From Pusillimonas sp. (GTDB taxonomy: Bacteria; Pseudomonadota; Gammaproteobacteria; Burkholderiales; Burkholderiaceae_B), in assembly GCA_044464765.1 (NCBI GenBank), contig JBIQKZ010000019.1, positions 4,759 to 68,758 on the forward strand: a DNA stretch of 64,000 bases, in the 5' to 3' direction. Every line of letters begins with the position of its first letter. Positions within the stretch are counted from its first letter, which is position 1. The position numbers and the translations under genes are program-made. Below are positions 31,508 to 40,720 of the stretch, piece after piece. A model generated the notes under the pieces. It did no database searches. It saw only the letters and a program-made list of their open reading frames with translations, and was not told the DNA's origin.

Positions 31508-32605
31508 CTATTCCGTGCCCCCGCCGACGATCTTCCCATTCACTTCTTTGCCATAGAAGCTTTCCTCTCCATCGTGGAATTCGACGCGCGCCTCTTCGAG
31601 GGTTCCGGTCTGACGGGGATCCTTGGGGCGTTCGTGGCTGTCGACGAAAGCAGCAACGTCCCAAGCTTCCTGGTCGGTCAGCGAGAATGGCTTGCCTAGC
31701 GGCATATTCGCCTTGATGAAGCCGGCAGCCGTATCGATGCGCGCCATGCCCGCGCCCCAGTTGTAGGAGTTCGGACCCCAGAGCGGCGGAAACACCACAC
31801 CGCTGTCGGGATCTCGTTGGCCCTGGCCATCCGCGCCATGGCACAGGGCGCAGTTCTGCGCGTAGACCGTCTGTCCGCGCATCACGTCGTAGTCTTCTTG
31901 GGGCTTTTTGAGCTTGGGATAGCCTGAACCGGGTAATTTCTCTCCCGTGGACGCACCATCGGCCATCCAATAGAAGTAGGTCGTCAGGTCGCGGTAGATG
32001 TCGCTCCCGGCTGGTGGAGGCTGGCCCGACGGCGAGCCCTGTGCATTCATTGAATACGTGAAGCAGCCCTTAATGCGGTCCTCAAGAGTGCTGATTGACT
32101 TTGTCTTGCTTCGGTACGCTGGATAACGCACATAGGCGCCCCACATAGGAGCTGAGTTTTCTCGGCGTCCGGCATCAAGGTGACAATTGACGCAAGCGAG
32201 CGTATTGCCGACGTGGTCAGACACCATGGTCGACGGTTCCATGAAGATGGCGCGGCCTCGCTTGATGGCGTCGCCGTAGGGACCGTCAGGAATGCTGTCC
32301 TCCAATGGGGGAGAGTAATAGCCATCGGCACCGACCGGCATGCCGGCTGTGGGTGCAGCCCTGTCTGCATTGTGTGTCTTGCGGTCGGACTCCATGGCTT
32401 CACGTGTGTAGACCTGGCTGCCGATCTGGGTAATGCCGCCTTTCTCGGAAGTGAAAGAGAGCGACATCAGGCCGCTGTCATGAATCAGGTAGCCGGCGCC
32501 GAACAACAGGATACCCAACCCCGCGCTCCAGGCTAGCCGTCGGGTGCCGGACAACCGCTTGGGAGTGCCGGATTCGTGTCGGTCCGAGGAATGGTTTTTT
32601 GTCAT
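31508..32605 (-). CDS. tsdA: Dihaem cytochrome c, TsdA-like (thiosulfate dehydrogenase / tetrathionate reductase family), with an N-terminal membrane anchor
   Basis: Motifs CVNCH and CALCH, EDRIKGCFTYSMN (candidate Cys axial ligand region) and FIKANMPLG (Lys/Asn/Met region). The hydrophobic stretch LAWSAGLGILLFGAGYLI lies near the N-terminus. Confidence 0.65.
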   Translation of the reverse strand: MTKNHSSDRHESGTPKRLSGTRRLAWSAGLGILLFGAGYLIHDSGLMSLSFTSEKGGITQIGSQVYTREAMESDRKTHNADRAAPTAGMPVGADGYYSPPLEDSIPDGPYGDAIKRGRAIFMEPSTMVSDHVGNTLACVNCHLDAGRRENSAPMWGAYVRYPAYRSKTKSISTLEDRIKGCFTYSMNAQGSPSGQPPPAGSDIYRDLTTYFYWMADGASTGEKLPGSGYPKLKKPQEDYDVMRGQTVYAQNCALCHGADGQGQRDPDSGVVFPPLWGPNSYNWGAGMARIDTAAGFIKANMPLGKPFSLTDQEAWDVAAFVDSHERPKDPRQTGTLEEARVEFHDGEESFYGKEVNGKIVGGGTE

Positions 32606-32620
32606 CTTGGCTCTCTATGC

Positions 32621-33439
32621 TTAATTAGCGGCGCCGGTGCCCTGTCCCGGCAAGGACGCCGCGTAATTGGATACCGCATACAGATCCTGGTAGGACAGTC
32701 GGCTTGCGATGTCGTCCATCAAGGATTGCGGTGAGTTGTGCCGGTGACCGCCCTTCCATGCCGCCAACTGGCTGAACAGGTACTCGGGTTGTTGCGCAGC
32801 CAGGGGCGGGAAGGCTACGCCCACGCCTTGTCCCTGGTCCCCGTGACAGCTGACGCAGGCGGGCACGTCCAGTTTCCAATCGCCTTTTTCGAACAGCATG
32901 TGGCCTCTCTCCATGTCGGCATCGGAGTGCGGCAGCATCAACTGGGGGGCAGGCAGACTCGCGTAGTAGGCAGTCACTTCAGCAATATCTTGAGCCGTTA
33001 GTTCGCGCGCCACGTAGTGCATGGATTCGTTGATGCGGTCTTCGGAAGCGAAGTCGCGTAACTGCTTGGCGAGGTAAGCTTCGTTCAGGCCGGCAAGGCG
33101 GGGAGTGTTGCCAGCACCTTCTCCTTGATCGCCATGGCACGATGCACAGCTCCACACGCTTCCTCGGCCGGCATGGACCAGCTCGGGCGCATCCTGCGTC
33201 ACTACGGGGGTAGGTACTGCGGGCGTTACCGGCGCGACTGGACCGCTGGCGACCGTGTCGGGCGAGCCGGAGTCCGTCCATGGAGCCAGGTCGCTCAGAT
33301 ACATGCCGACGCCAGCGAGCGCCAAAGCAATCAGAACCGCAAGCAGGAAGATGGGAATCGGGCGGGGCGGCTCCCAGGGTTCGAACGTGGGGTCGATGTC
33401 GTCGACTCGGGGCATTGTCGAGTGGTGATTGGTTTTCAT
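32621..33439 (-). CDS. Membrane-anchored dihaem c4-type cytochrome (CcoP position; TsdB-like)
   Basis: One TM segment (IPIFLLAVLIALALAGVGMYL), a Pro/Thr/Val linker, and CASCHGDQGEG plus CVSCHGDQGQG. ATG 33439 follows AGGA. Confidence 0.7.
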   Translation of the reverse strand: MKTNHHSTMPRVDDIDPTFEPWEPPRPIPIFLLAVLIALALAGVGMYLSDLAPWTDSGSPDTVASGPVAPVTPAVPTPVVTQDAPELVHAGRGSVWSCASCHGDQGEGAGNTPRLAGLNEAYLAKQLRDFASEDRINESMHYVARELTAQDIAEVTAYYASLPAPQLMLPHSDADMERGHMLFEKGDWKLDVPACVSCHGDQGQGVGVAFPPLAAQQPEYLFSQLAAWKGGHRHNSPQSLMDDIASRLSYQDLYAVSNYAASLPGQGTGAAN

Positions 33440-33446
33440 GGCGTTC

Positions 33447-34100
33447 CTAACCCGAATGTCCGTCCGCTGCCGCCGTTTCCGGACGGCGGTCATATCCGCG
33501 GTCTCTTTTCTGCAATTCCTCATGGCTGGCCGGATAGGTGCGATCCAGGCTCAGCAGGTATTCGACGAGATCCAACGCTTCTTTGCGAGCCACGACCACC
33601 CGCCCGTCTGGCGGCTGGAACTGCGCGGGTAGACGCACCACGACGTCGTCCCGCGCAGCTTCATCCTTCACTTCGAACATATAGGGGTACGAAGGCATGA
33701 TGCTCCAGTCGAAGATGACGCGCGGCTGGTACAGGTGCGTCAGATGCCAGTCGCGGCTTTTCAGGCGTGCGCCGACATTGAGCAGGTCGGGGCCGGTACG
33801 CATGGTGCCCAGCAGGTGGGGCGTGTCGTAGAAATAGTCTCCCGGCGTCGAGGCGCGGCCCCAGCCGCGGGCGCCATCGAACAGTGTTTGACCCGTGGAA
33901 CGGGGCTGCTGGCTGTGGCAATAGATACAGCCGTTGGCGACGTACTGTTGGCGCCCCAACAGCTGCTGCTCGGTGTAGGGCTGGAGCTGCGCTGGCGGTT
34001 GCGATGTGCGAAGCTGCCAAGCGGGCAGAATCACCAGCATTAGTGTGGCGAGCAGCAAGACGCCAATTGCGCCAATGAGAAGTGGCAAAAGTTTGTTCAT
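33447..34100 (-). CDS. ccoO: cbb3-type cytochrome c oxidase subunit II (CcoO/FixO-like, monohaem)
   Basis: N-terminal anchor, GCIYCHSQ haem site and the GPDLLNVGAR motif. It overlaps ccoN by 4 nt. Confidence 0.8.
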   Translation of the reverse strand: MNKLLPLLIGAIGVLLLATLMLVILPAWQLRTSQPPAQLQPYTEQQLLGRQQYVANGCIYCHSQQPRSTGQTLFDGARGWGRASTPGDYFYDTPHLLGTMRTGPDLLNVGARLKSRDWHLTHLYQPRVIFDWSIMPSYPYMFEVKDEAARDDVVVRLPAQFQPPDGRVVVARKEALDLVEYLLSLDRTYPASHEELQKRDRGYDRRPETAAADGHSG

Positions 34101-35692
34101 GACGCTTTCACAGGAGCGAACGTATCGACGGACTTGGTGCTCGATTCTTTTTTCAGTAGCAGCAAGGCGAAATGTGCGGCAAAGACGAAGTGGCCCAAGG
34201 TCATCAACGTGCCGCCGATGGAGCGGCCTTCAAGATAAGGAATCATCGACCGGGTGATTTCGGCAAAGCTAGATCCTGGGTCCATCAACCCCATGCCTTG
34301 CAGGACGCCAGCGACGGTCAGTGAGACGAAGTAGATCGTGAATCCGATCACCACCAGCCAGAAATGCGTTTGCACCAGCTTCGGGTAGGGCCAGCGCCGG
34401 CCAAGGATGTGCGGCATCATGTAATAGAGAGTGCCAAATAGCACAAGCGAGACGAAGCCATAGGCGCCCAGGTGCGCGTGTCCGACGGTGTAATGGGTGA
34501 AGTGAGTGATCGAGTTGACCGAACGTATCGCCTCGATTGAGCCCTGGAAGGAAGAGAGGGTGTACATCAGCGCGCCGATCCATACGAACCGGAGCGACAT
34601 TGACTGCTTGAACGCCCATATGTTGGTGGCGACAGTGACGTGCTGGTTGATCGCCACCGCGATCACCGGCACAAACATCATGATGCTGTGGACGACGGAA
34701 AGGGTTACAGCCCAGGTCGGGATCGGTCCGCCCATCAGGTGGTGGATACCGACCTGGCTGTAGAACAACGCCAGGCTCCAAAAACCGAGGAGCGAGACGT
34801 TGTATGAATACACCGGTTTGCCGATGATCTTGGGAATAATGTAGTAGGCCATTCCAACGCCCATTGGCGTCAGCCACAATCCCAGCACATTATGCGCGAA
34901 CCACCAGTTCACCGTCGCCTGCTGGGCCCCGATGTGTAGGCCAGGAATGTTCGCCACCAGAAAGAGGAAAGGGAACCACACCATGCCGGCTAAGAAATAC
35001 CAGCCGGATACATAGATGTGGCGTGATTTCCGACGAGCAGCGGTCTCAATCGCAGGCCAGGCAAGGAAGAAGCCCCCCAATGCAAGCACCAAGTCGATTT
35101 GCCAAGGGAACTCCAGCCACTCAATGCCATCCGACCAGCCGTTAGCGACGGCGATTGTTCCACCCAAAACACCCAGCGTCCAAAGAAAGGCCCCAAGATA
35201 GGCCATGTTGGGCCGTCGCAGCGGCGTGTGAAAGATTCGTGGCAACAGCCATAAAGCCACGCCGATGCCCGTGACCGAAAGCCAGCCATAGGCAACGATA
35301 TTCAGATGTAGTGTGCGTGCACGGCCAAAAGTGATCTGTGCAACATCTGAGAGCCAATCTGGCCAGTGCAGTTTCAAAGATGCAATGACGCCGAACGTCG
35401 AGCCTATCAGTAGCCAGAGAATGCCAGCTGTGATTAGAACCAGAACTGGGCCCTTCCCGGCGTGATCGATGCCAGCTCGCAATACGTCGAACCGATGTGA
35501 TTCGGCCTCGTTCTTTTTACCAAAAGAGGCGCTGTCATCGGGATGGCCGAGCTCTCCTTCCATGAAAATCGTGGAGGCTTCGGCTTTACCCACGAATATC
35601 AACTTATTGGCAACAGCCCAGACGAGAATGCCCAGCGCCACCAATGAAGCGACAAAGCTTGTCGCTAACAAAGTTCCCAGTATAGGTGTCAT
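34097..35692 (-). CDS. ccoN: cbb3-type (C-family) haem-copper oxidase subunit I (CcoN-like) with an extra N-terminal helix
   Basis: Histidine motifs WWFAHNVLGLW, GIHHLMGG and HYTVGHAHLGAYGF, with 12+ TM segments. I chose ATG 35692 over the TTG at 35770. Confidence 0.82.
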   Translation of the reverse strand: MTPILGTLLATSFVASLVALGILVWAVANKLIFVGKAEASTIFMEGELGHPDDSASFGKKNEAESHRFDVLRAGIDHAGKGPVLVLITAGILWLLIGSTFGVIASLKLHWPDWLSDVAQITFGRARTLHLNIVAYGWLSVTGIGVALWLLPRIFHTPLRRPNMAYLGAFLWTLGVLGGTIAVANGWSDGIEWLEFPWQIDLVLALGGFFLAWPAIETAARRKSRHIYVSGWYFLAGMVWFPFLFLVANIPGLHIGAQQATVNWWFAHNVLGLWLTPMGVGMAYYIIPKIIGKPVYSYNVSLLGFWSLALFYSQVGIHHLMGGPIPTWAVTLSVVHSIMMFVPVIAVAINQHVTVATNIWAFKQSMSLRFVWIGALMYTLSSFQGSIEAIRSVNSITHFTHYTVGHAHLGAYGFVSLVLFGTLYYMMPHILGRRWPYPKLVQTHFWLVVIGFTIYFVSLTVAGVLQGMGLMDPGSSFAEITRSMIPYLEGRSIGGTLMTLGHFVFAAHFALLLLKKESSTKSVDTFAPVKAS

Positions 35693-35815
35693 AGCATACG
35701 TGTCCGCTTCCAGTGGCAGCTGCGTTTGGTAGATTCGTAATCCGATGCCGCCACAGGAGGTACGCGGCAATCCAGATTAAAAGCAGCGAAATTGACGACA
35801 CAATAAGTTGCCAGA

Positions 35816-35832
35816 ATTAAGGCAGTATTAAG
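35816..35832 (-). promoter_or_regulatory. Perfect direct repeat CTTAAT-N5-CTTAAT (minus-strand reading) in the divergent ccoN / response-regulator promoter region
   Basis: The plus strand reads attaag gcagt attaag. It lies 124 nt upstream of the ccoN ATG and 99 nt upstream of the regulator ATG. Confidence 0.6.
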
Positions 35833-35930
35833 AGGTGAGGAACGGGTGAGCAAAGCCCGAAAGACTGTTAAGATTTTTGCTTGATAGAGAGTTCAGAGAA
35901 TGTTTAGCGCCGGTACGCAAGGAGAATGAA

Positions 35931-36608
35931 ATGCATATTTTGCTCGTCGAAGACGATCTCCTCGTCGCGAGCGGTATCGTGGCGGGATTGAGATTGCATG
36001 GTCTGACGATCGACCATGTGAGCACGGCTAACTTGGCGGATGCTGCATTGGCGACGTCATACTTTGATGTATGCATCCTTGACCTTGGGTTGCCGGACGA
36101 AGACGGAATGGTGTTACTGCGCCGCTGGCGCGAAGAAGGTCGTGATCTTCCCGTTCTCGTGTTGACGGCACGTGACGCACTCAGTCACCGTGTGGAGGGG
36201 TTACTTGGAGGGGCCGACGATTACCTGGTTAAACCTTTCGACTTGGATGAGTTGCAGGCTCGATTGCACGTACTGACGCGCCGGGTCGCAGGTCGTGTCA
36301 CCGACTGCATGAATCACGGGGAACTGAAGTTCTGTTCGTCAACAGGCCGAGTATGGCTAGCCGATAAGCCGGTTACGCTGGCACGCCGTGAGCTGTCATT
36401 GCTGCGCGCGTTGTTGCAGAATCCTCAGGCCATCCTTAGCACAGAACAGCTTTGTGATAGCGTCTATGGTTACGAGCAGAACGTGGAAAGCAATGCGATC
36501 AACGTCCATATTTATCATTTGCGCCGCAAGCTTGGAAACAATATTGTCGAAACAGTGCGTGGACTCGGTTATAGGCTTGGCTCAACCGAGAAGGTAGCGG
36601 AAACATGA
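35931..36608 (+). CDS. OmpR-family response regulator (PmrA/QseB/BasR-like)
   Basis: Receiver domain (LLVEDD, ILDLGLPDEDG, LVKPF) plus a winged helix (NAINVHIYHLRRKLG...VRGLGYRL). RBS AAGGAGA precedes the start. Confidence 0.92.
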   Translation: MHILLVEDDLLVASGIVAGLRLHGLTIDHVSTANLADAALATSYFDVCILDLGLPDEDGMVLLRRWREEGRDLPVLVLTARDALSHRVEGLLGGADDYLVKPFDLDELQARLHVLTRRVAGRVTDCMNHGELKFCSSTGRVWLADKPVTLARRELSLLRALLQNPQAILSTEQLCDSVYGYEQNVESNAINVHIYHLRRKLGNNIVETVRGLGYRLGSTEKVAET

Positions 36609-37963
36609 GTCTGCGGCTGCGCCTTCTGCTGTATATCGGTATTTCGCTGACTGCGCTTTGGACTTTGGTGGCGACCTGGATGTTCATTGACGCCCGTCAG
36701 TCGTTAGGCCAGGCATTGGACAACCGTCTGGCGGCGTCGGCACGAATGGTTGCCGGGCTGGTTTCTCAATTTCCCGAACCTCAAGATATTGCCGCAATGG
36801 GTGATAAGCCATTGGACGTCGTCGCCCGAGATGGGGTGGCGTGCGAAGTAAGCCTTGTGCGCAGCGAAGTCGTGATTGAAACCGTGGCACGTACGGCAGG
36901 CAGCCCTGAACTGATGCACGCTGATCCAGGCTTCAGCACCTATACATACGGTAATAAGCGATGGCGCACTTATGTACTGCGGCAGGGCGATGTTCAGATC
37001 GCCACCGCCGACAGCATCGAGGTCAGAGAGGCATTGGTCAAAGAGTTGATCCTTTCGGCGGGGGTGCCGTTCGTTGTCGCCTTGTTTGGCACCCTGATCG
37101 TGCTGTGGTTGGGCATCACCCGTGGACTGGCGCCTGTAGAGCGTATCCGCAGCCTTCTGGCACGGCGCCGACCCGGCGACGATAGCCCGTTGCCGGAAGT
37201 GAAGGCCCCGATAGAGTTACAGCCGCTCTTGCATACGATTGAGCAACTTTTGGAAAGGCTGCAGGATGCAATCGTGCGAGAACGCCGATTCACCGATAGC
37301 GCTGCGCACGAATTGCGTACGCCACTTACCGGTGTGAAAACACACATTCAAGTAGCGAAGCTTGCACTGCAACGGCGAGAGGAAAGAGCCACGATGGAAG
37401 CTGCGCTGACCAACGCAGACCAAGGGGTACAGCAGCTGCAAAATATCCTTCAGCGTTTGCTTGATCTGGCGCGGTTAGAAGGCCATTCCATCGCGAAGGA
37501 AGCTAGCGACCCGATTGAGGCGGCATCCATTGCAATTGAGGCATTGAAGCCAATGTACGGTGACTCTGTGGCTAGAATATCGGTACAAGGGGTTGACAGC
37601 TCGCGGTCGGTACGCGCTGCGCGGCCACTTCTAGTTGGGGCCATCCAAAACCTAATTGATAATGCAATACGCTACGCACCCCCCGACACTCCCATTACAA
37701 TTCGCCTGGAGCCGCAAAGCAATGGCACCATGCAAATTAGTGTGCTGGACGAAGGCGCTGGCCTGAATGCGCAAGAGCGGGTTCAAGCAGTTAATCGGTT
37801 TTGGCGTGGAGACCCCAAAATACCCGGCTACGGACTAGGCCTATCTATTGTGAACGCGATTGCATGCCGACATGCGGGTGCATTCGAGCTTCTGGAACGC
37901 GATGGCGGCGGGCTGGAAGCGCGACTTACGCTTCCAATAGCGGACGATACTACGCTTTCTTGA
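36605..37963 (+). CDS. Sensor histidine kinase (PmrB/QseC-like architecture)
   Basis: Two TM segments flank a periplasmic domain of about 130 aa. H-box SAAHELRTPLT, N-box NLIDNAIRYA and G-box GYGLGLSIV are present. It overlaps the regulator by 4 nt. Confidence 0.92.
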   Translation: MSLRLRLLLYIGISLTALWTLVATWMFIDARQSLGQALDNRLAASARMVAGLVSQFPEPQDIAAMGDKPLDVVARDGVACEVSLVRSEVVIETVARTAGSPELMHADPGFSTYTYGNKRWRTYVLRQGDVQIATADSIEVREALVKELILSAGVPFVVALFGTLIVLWLGITRGLAPVERIRSLLARRRPGDDSPLPEVKAPIELQPLLHTIEQLLERLQDAIVRERRFTDSAAHELRTPLTGVKTHIQVAKLALQRREERATMEAALTNADQGVQQLQNILQRLLDLARLEGHSIAKEASDPIEAASIAIEALKPMYGDSVARISVQGVDSSRSVRAARPLLVGAIQNLIDNAIRYAPPDTPITIRLEPQSNGTMQISVLDEGAGLNAQERVQAVNRFWRGDPKIPGYGLGLSIVNAIACRHAGAFELLERDGGGLEARLTLPIADDTTLS

Positions 37964-37977
37964 GTTTCCTGCGAAGC

Positions 37978-37994
37978 CTTAAGCTTCCCTTAAT
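37978..37994 (+). promoter_or_regulatory. Direct repeat CTTAAG-N5-CTTAAT 46 nt upstream of the dsbD start
   Basis: The sequence cttaag cttcc cttaat lies in the 76-nt kinase-dsbD gap. A possible -10 (catgat) sits 11 nt downstream. Confidence 0.6.
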
Positions 37995-38039
37995 CCTGCA
38001 GGTGCATGATCCACCTAAGTTTATCTGCAGGAGTTCAGC

Positions 38040-39890
38040 TTGTCTGTCTACCGGATTGCCCGTGCGGCTCTCGTACTGTTTTGTTTTGCCGTCGGAAACG
38101 CCTGGGCCAGTAACGGTCTATTCTCGTCGGCCACGGAACCCGAATTTCTTGAAGCCTCGGATGTATTCAAGGTAGAGGAGGTGAAGCAGCAAGGCCGAGA
38201 GTATATAGTCGAAGGGCATATTGCCGACGGCTATTATGTCTACCGCCACTCGTTGAAGCTGGTCGACGACAAAGAGAATGCTGTTGATCTGGCTCTGCCT
38301 TCTGGAACGCCCCGGCACGACGAGTTTTTTGGCGATACCGTCATCTACACCGGCGATACGGCCCGTCTGCGCTTCCCGACGGCTGTAACTGGCCCACTGA
38401 CACTGCATTGGCAAGGCTGTGCAGAAGACGGTATCTGCTATCCACCGCAGACGATACAGATCAGCGCGCCAGTAGCAACAGCGGTAGCTGACGGTCAGGC
38501 TGTCGAGCAGCCGCCTCAGGCATCGGAACCTGAATCAGCCTCGGAGCGCGGGCCTGATTCGGCCGGCATGCCTTCGGGCGCCAGCGTTGGCGAGGATCAG
38601 GCGGCTGCTCAGCGGCTTGCTGCGCTGGGGCCTATCGCCGGCACGCTGCTGTTTTTCGGATTCGGCCTATTGTTGGCTTTTACGCCCTGCACTTTGCCGA
38701 TGATTCCCATCGTTTCCAGTATGGTCGTTGGTAGCCAGGCCAAGCCGCGTCGGGCTTTCGTCTTGTCGTCGTCATACGTCCTGGCGATGGCGGGTACCTA
38801 CGCCGCAGTGGGGGTGGCGGCCGGACTGGCGGGCGCCAATTTACAAGCCACGCTGCAGTCGCCTTGGTTGCTCGGCGCCTTCGCAGCACTCTTTCTCATC
38901 CTGGCCAGTTCGCTATTCGGTCTGTTCGAGTTGCGCTTGCCATCCGCTGTGATGAATCGCCTCCAGGCAGCGGGGCCTGCTCGTTCGGGGGGGAGTATCA
39001 CCGGTGCGGCGGTGCTGGGTTTTCTGTCGGCGCTTTTGGTTGGTCCATGCATGACGGCTCCCTTGGCGGGTGCGCTGTTGTACATCGGGCAGACGGGCAG
39101 TGCGATCCAAGGGGGACTGGCTTTGTTTGCGCTGGGTCTGGGTATGGGCCTGCCATTGTTGGCCATTGCAGTGTTCGGCGCCCGTGTGCTGCCCAAGCCC
39201 GGTGCGTGGATGGATCGGGTGCGCGTCGCCTTCGGCTATGTCATGGTTGGCATGGCAGTGATGATGCTGACACGTTTCCTGACCGGCACGATGAGCCTGT
39301 TGCTCTGGGGGGCCTGGATACTGCTGGTGGCGGTGGGGCTCGTCGCTTGGGCGCAAGCCGTTGCGAACAGGCAGCGGTTGGCGTGGAGCTTGCGTTCGGC
39401 GGCGGCATTCATCGGTCTGTGGTCTGTCCTGATGCTTGTGGGCGCCGCTTCAGGGGGCGACGCCATCTTGCAGCCTCTGGCGCATTTGCGTGGCGCGCCC
39501 GCTGCGGTTGAGGCATCCGCCCAGGTCAGCTATGTCCAGGCGAAATCAGTGGCCGATGTAGATGCTCGCCTCGCGGAAGGCGCCGCGCGCGGTCAGTGGA
39601 CCTTGATTGATTTCTACGCCGACTGGTGCGTCAGCTGCCATGTAATCGAGCGCAATGTATTCGGCGATCCAGCGGTTGCGGCGCGACTGGCGCGCATGCA
39701 GATCGTGCGGCCCGACGTGACGCGTAATGACGCTACGGACAAGGAACTGCTCAAGCACTGGGGCGTCATGGGGCCGCCCACGCTCATACTGGTGGGGCCG
39801 GATGGTACGGAGCGACGGGATCTGCGCGTGGTGGGTGAGATCGGCGCGCGCGAGTTTCAGGACCGCCTGGACGCGGCGGGGGTGTCATGA
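38040..39890 (+). CDS. dsbD: Thiol:disulfide interchange protein DsbD
   Basis: TTG start after AGGAG. It has a periplasmic N-domain, a TM core with FTPCTLPMIP and GPCMTAPL, and a C-terminal thioredoxin fold DFYADWCVSCH. Confidence 0.9.
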   Translation: MSVYRIARAALVLFCFAVGNAWASNGLFSSATEPEFLEASDVFKVEEVKQQGREYIVEGHIADGYYVYRHSLKLVDDKENAVDLALPSGTPRHDEFFGDTVIYTGDTARLRFPTAVTGPLTLHWQGCAEDGICYPPQTIQISAPVATAVADGQAVEQPPQASEPESASERGPDSAGMPSGASVGEDQAAAQRLAALGPIAGTLLFFGFGLLLAFTPCTLPMIPIVSSMVVGSQAKPRRAFVLSSSYVLAMAGTYAAVGVAAGLAGANLQATLQSPWLLGAFAALFLILASSLFGLFELRLPSAVMNRLQAAGPARSGGSITGAAVLGFLSALLVGPCMTAPLAGALLYIGQTGSAIQGGLALFALGLGMGLPLLAIAVFGARVLPKPGAWMDRVRVAFGYVMVGMAVMMLTRFLTGTMSLLLWGAWILLVAVGLVAWAQAVANRQRLAWSLRSAAAFIGLWSVLMLVGAASGGDAILQPLAHLRGAPAAVEASAQVSYVQAKSVADVDARLAEGAARGQWTLIDFYADWCVSCHVIERNVFGDPAVAARLARMQIVRPDVTRNDATDKELLKHWGVMGPPTLILVGPDGTERRDLRVVGEIGAREFQDRLDAAGVS

Positions 39891-40720
39891 GCGGCATTGG
39901 TCCATTTCCTATACAGGTCGTCACGGTTATTGCCGCCGTACTGCTGGCTTGGTTGACAGCACGAATTGTCGGTCGGCGGACGCCCGATGTGCCTTACAAA
40001 GCCGCCGGATCAATGATTCTTGACGCCGTGGTTTGGGGGCTCTTGACTGCACGCTTGGCATACATTGCGCAGTGGTGGGAGGAGTACTCGGCCGCACCCA
40101 GATCCATGATCGCCATCGGCGATGGTGGATTTGTCTGGTGGGTCGGCGTGTTGGTGGTCGTTGCTTACATCTGGCAGCGAACCCGGTCCGCTCAGATCTT
40201 GCGCGTCCCCGTGCTGGCGGGCGTCATGGTCGGCGTCGTCGCATGGGCCCTCGCGGGCGGGGTGCTCGCTTTATTGCTGCGCTCCGCGCCGCCTTTGCCG
40301 GACCTGCAGCTGGCGACGCTGGACGAACACCCGGTTTCACTGAGCGAGTATGCGGGGCGCCCCATCGTACTCAATCTTTGGGCGAGTTGGTGCCCGCCAT
40401 GCCGACGCGAGATGCCGGTGTTTGAGCAGGCTCAGACCGATTTTCCGGATGTGGCCTTCGTGTTGGTTAACCAAGGGGAAAGCGCGCAGCAGGCGCAGGC
40501 TTTTCTTGAAAGCGAGGGTTTGAGTTTGACGGATGTTTTACTTGACCCCGCTTCCGAAGCCATGCGCACAATGAACTCGCGCGGCTTGCCCACCACCTTG
40601 TTTTTCGATGCGCAAGGGCGCCAAGTGGACATGCATTTGGGCGAGATCACCATGCCCAGTCTCAAGGACAAGATGCTGCGTCGTTTCGACCTATCTTCCG
40701 GCTCGGGGGCCGAAAAATGA
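39887..40720 (+). CDS. TlpA/ResA-like thioredoxin domain fused to an N-terminal 4-TM domain
   Basis: Residues 1-130 are hydrophobic (four helices, AIGDGGFVWWVG). The C-terminal domain carries WASWCPPC. It overlaps dsbD by 4 nt. Confidence 0.82.
   Translation: MSGIGPFPIQVVTVIAAVLLAWLTARIVGRRTPDVPYKAAGSMILDAVVWGLLTARLAYIAQWWEEYSAAPRSMIAIGDGGFVWWVGVLVVVAYIWQRTRSAQILRVPVLAGVMVGVVAWALAGGVLALLLRSAPPLPDLQLATLDEHPVSLSEYAGRPIVLNLWASWCPPCRREMPVFEQAQTDFPDVAFVLVNQGESAQQAQAFLESEGLSLTDVLLDPASEAMRTMNSRGLPTTLFFDAQGRQVDMHLGEITMPSLKDKMLRRFDLSSGSGAEK

Noticed and set aside
34097-35692. Possibility that the haem-copper subunit is a nitric-oxide reductase (NorB) rather than an oxidase
   Set aside because: The adjacent gene is a FixO/CcoO-type monohaem subunit rather than NorC, and the histidine motif pattern matches CcoN by eye. 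This remains untested without a proper alignment.
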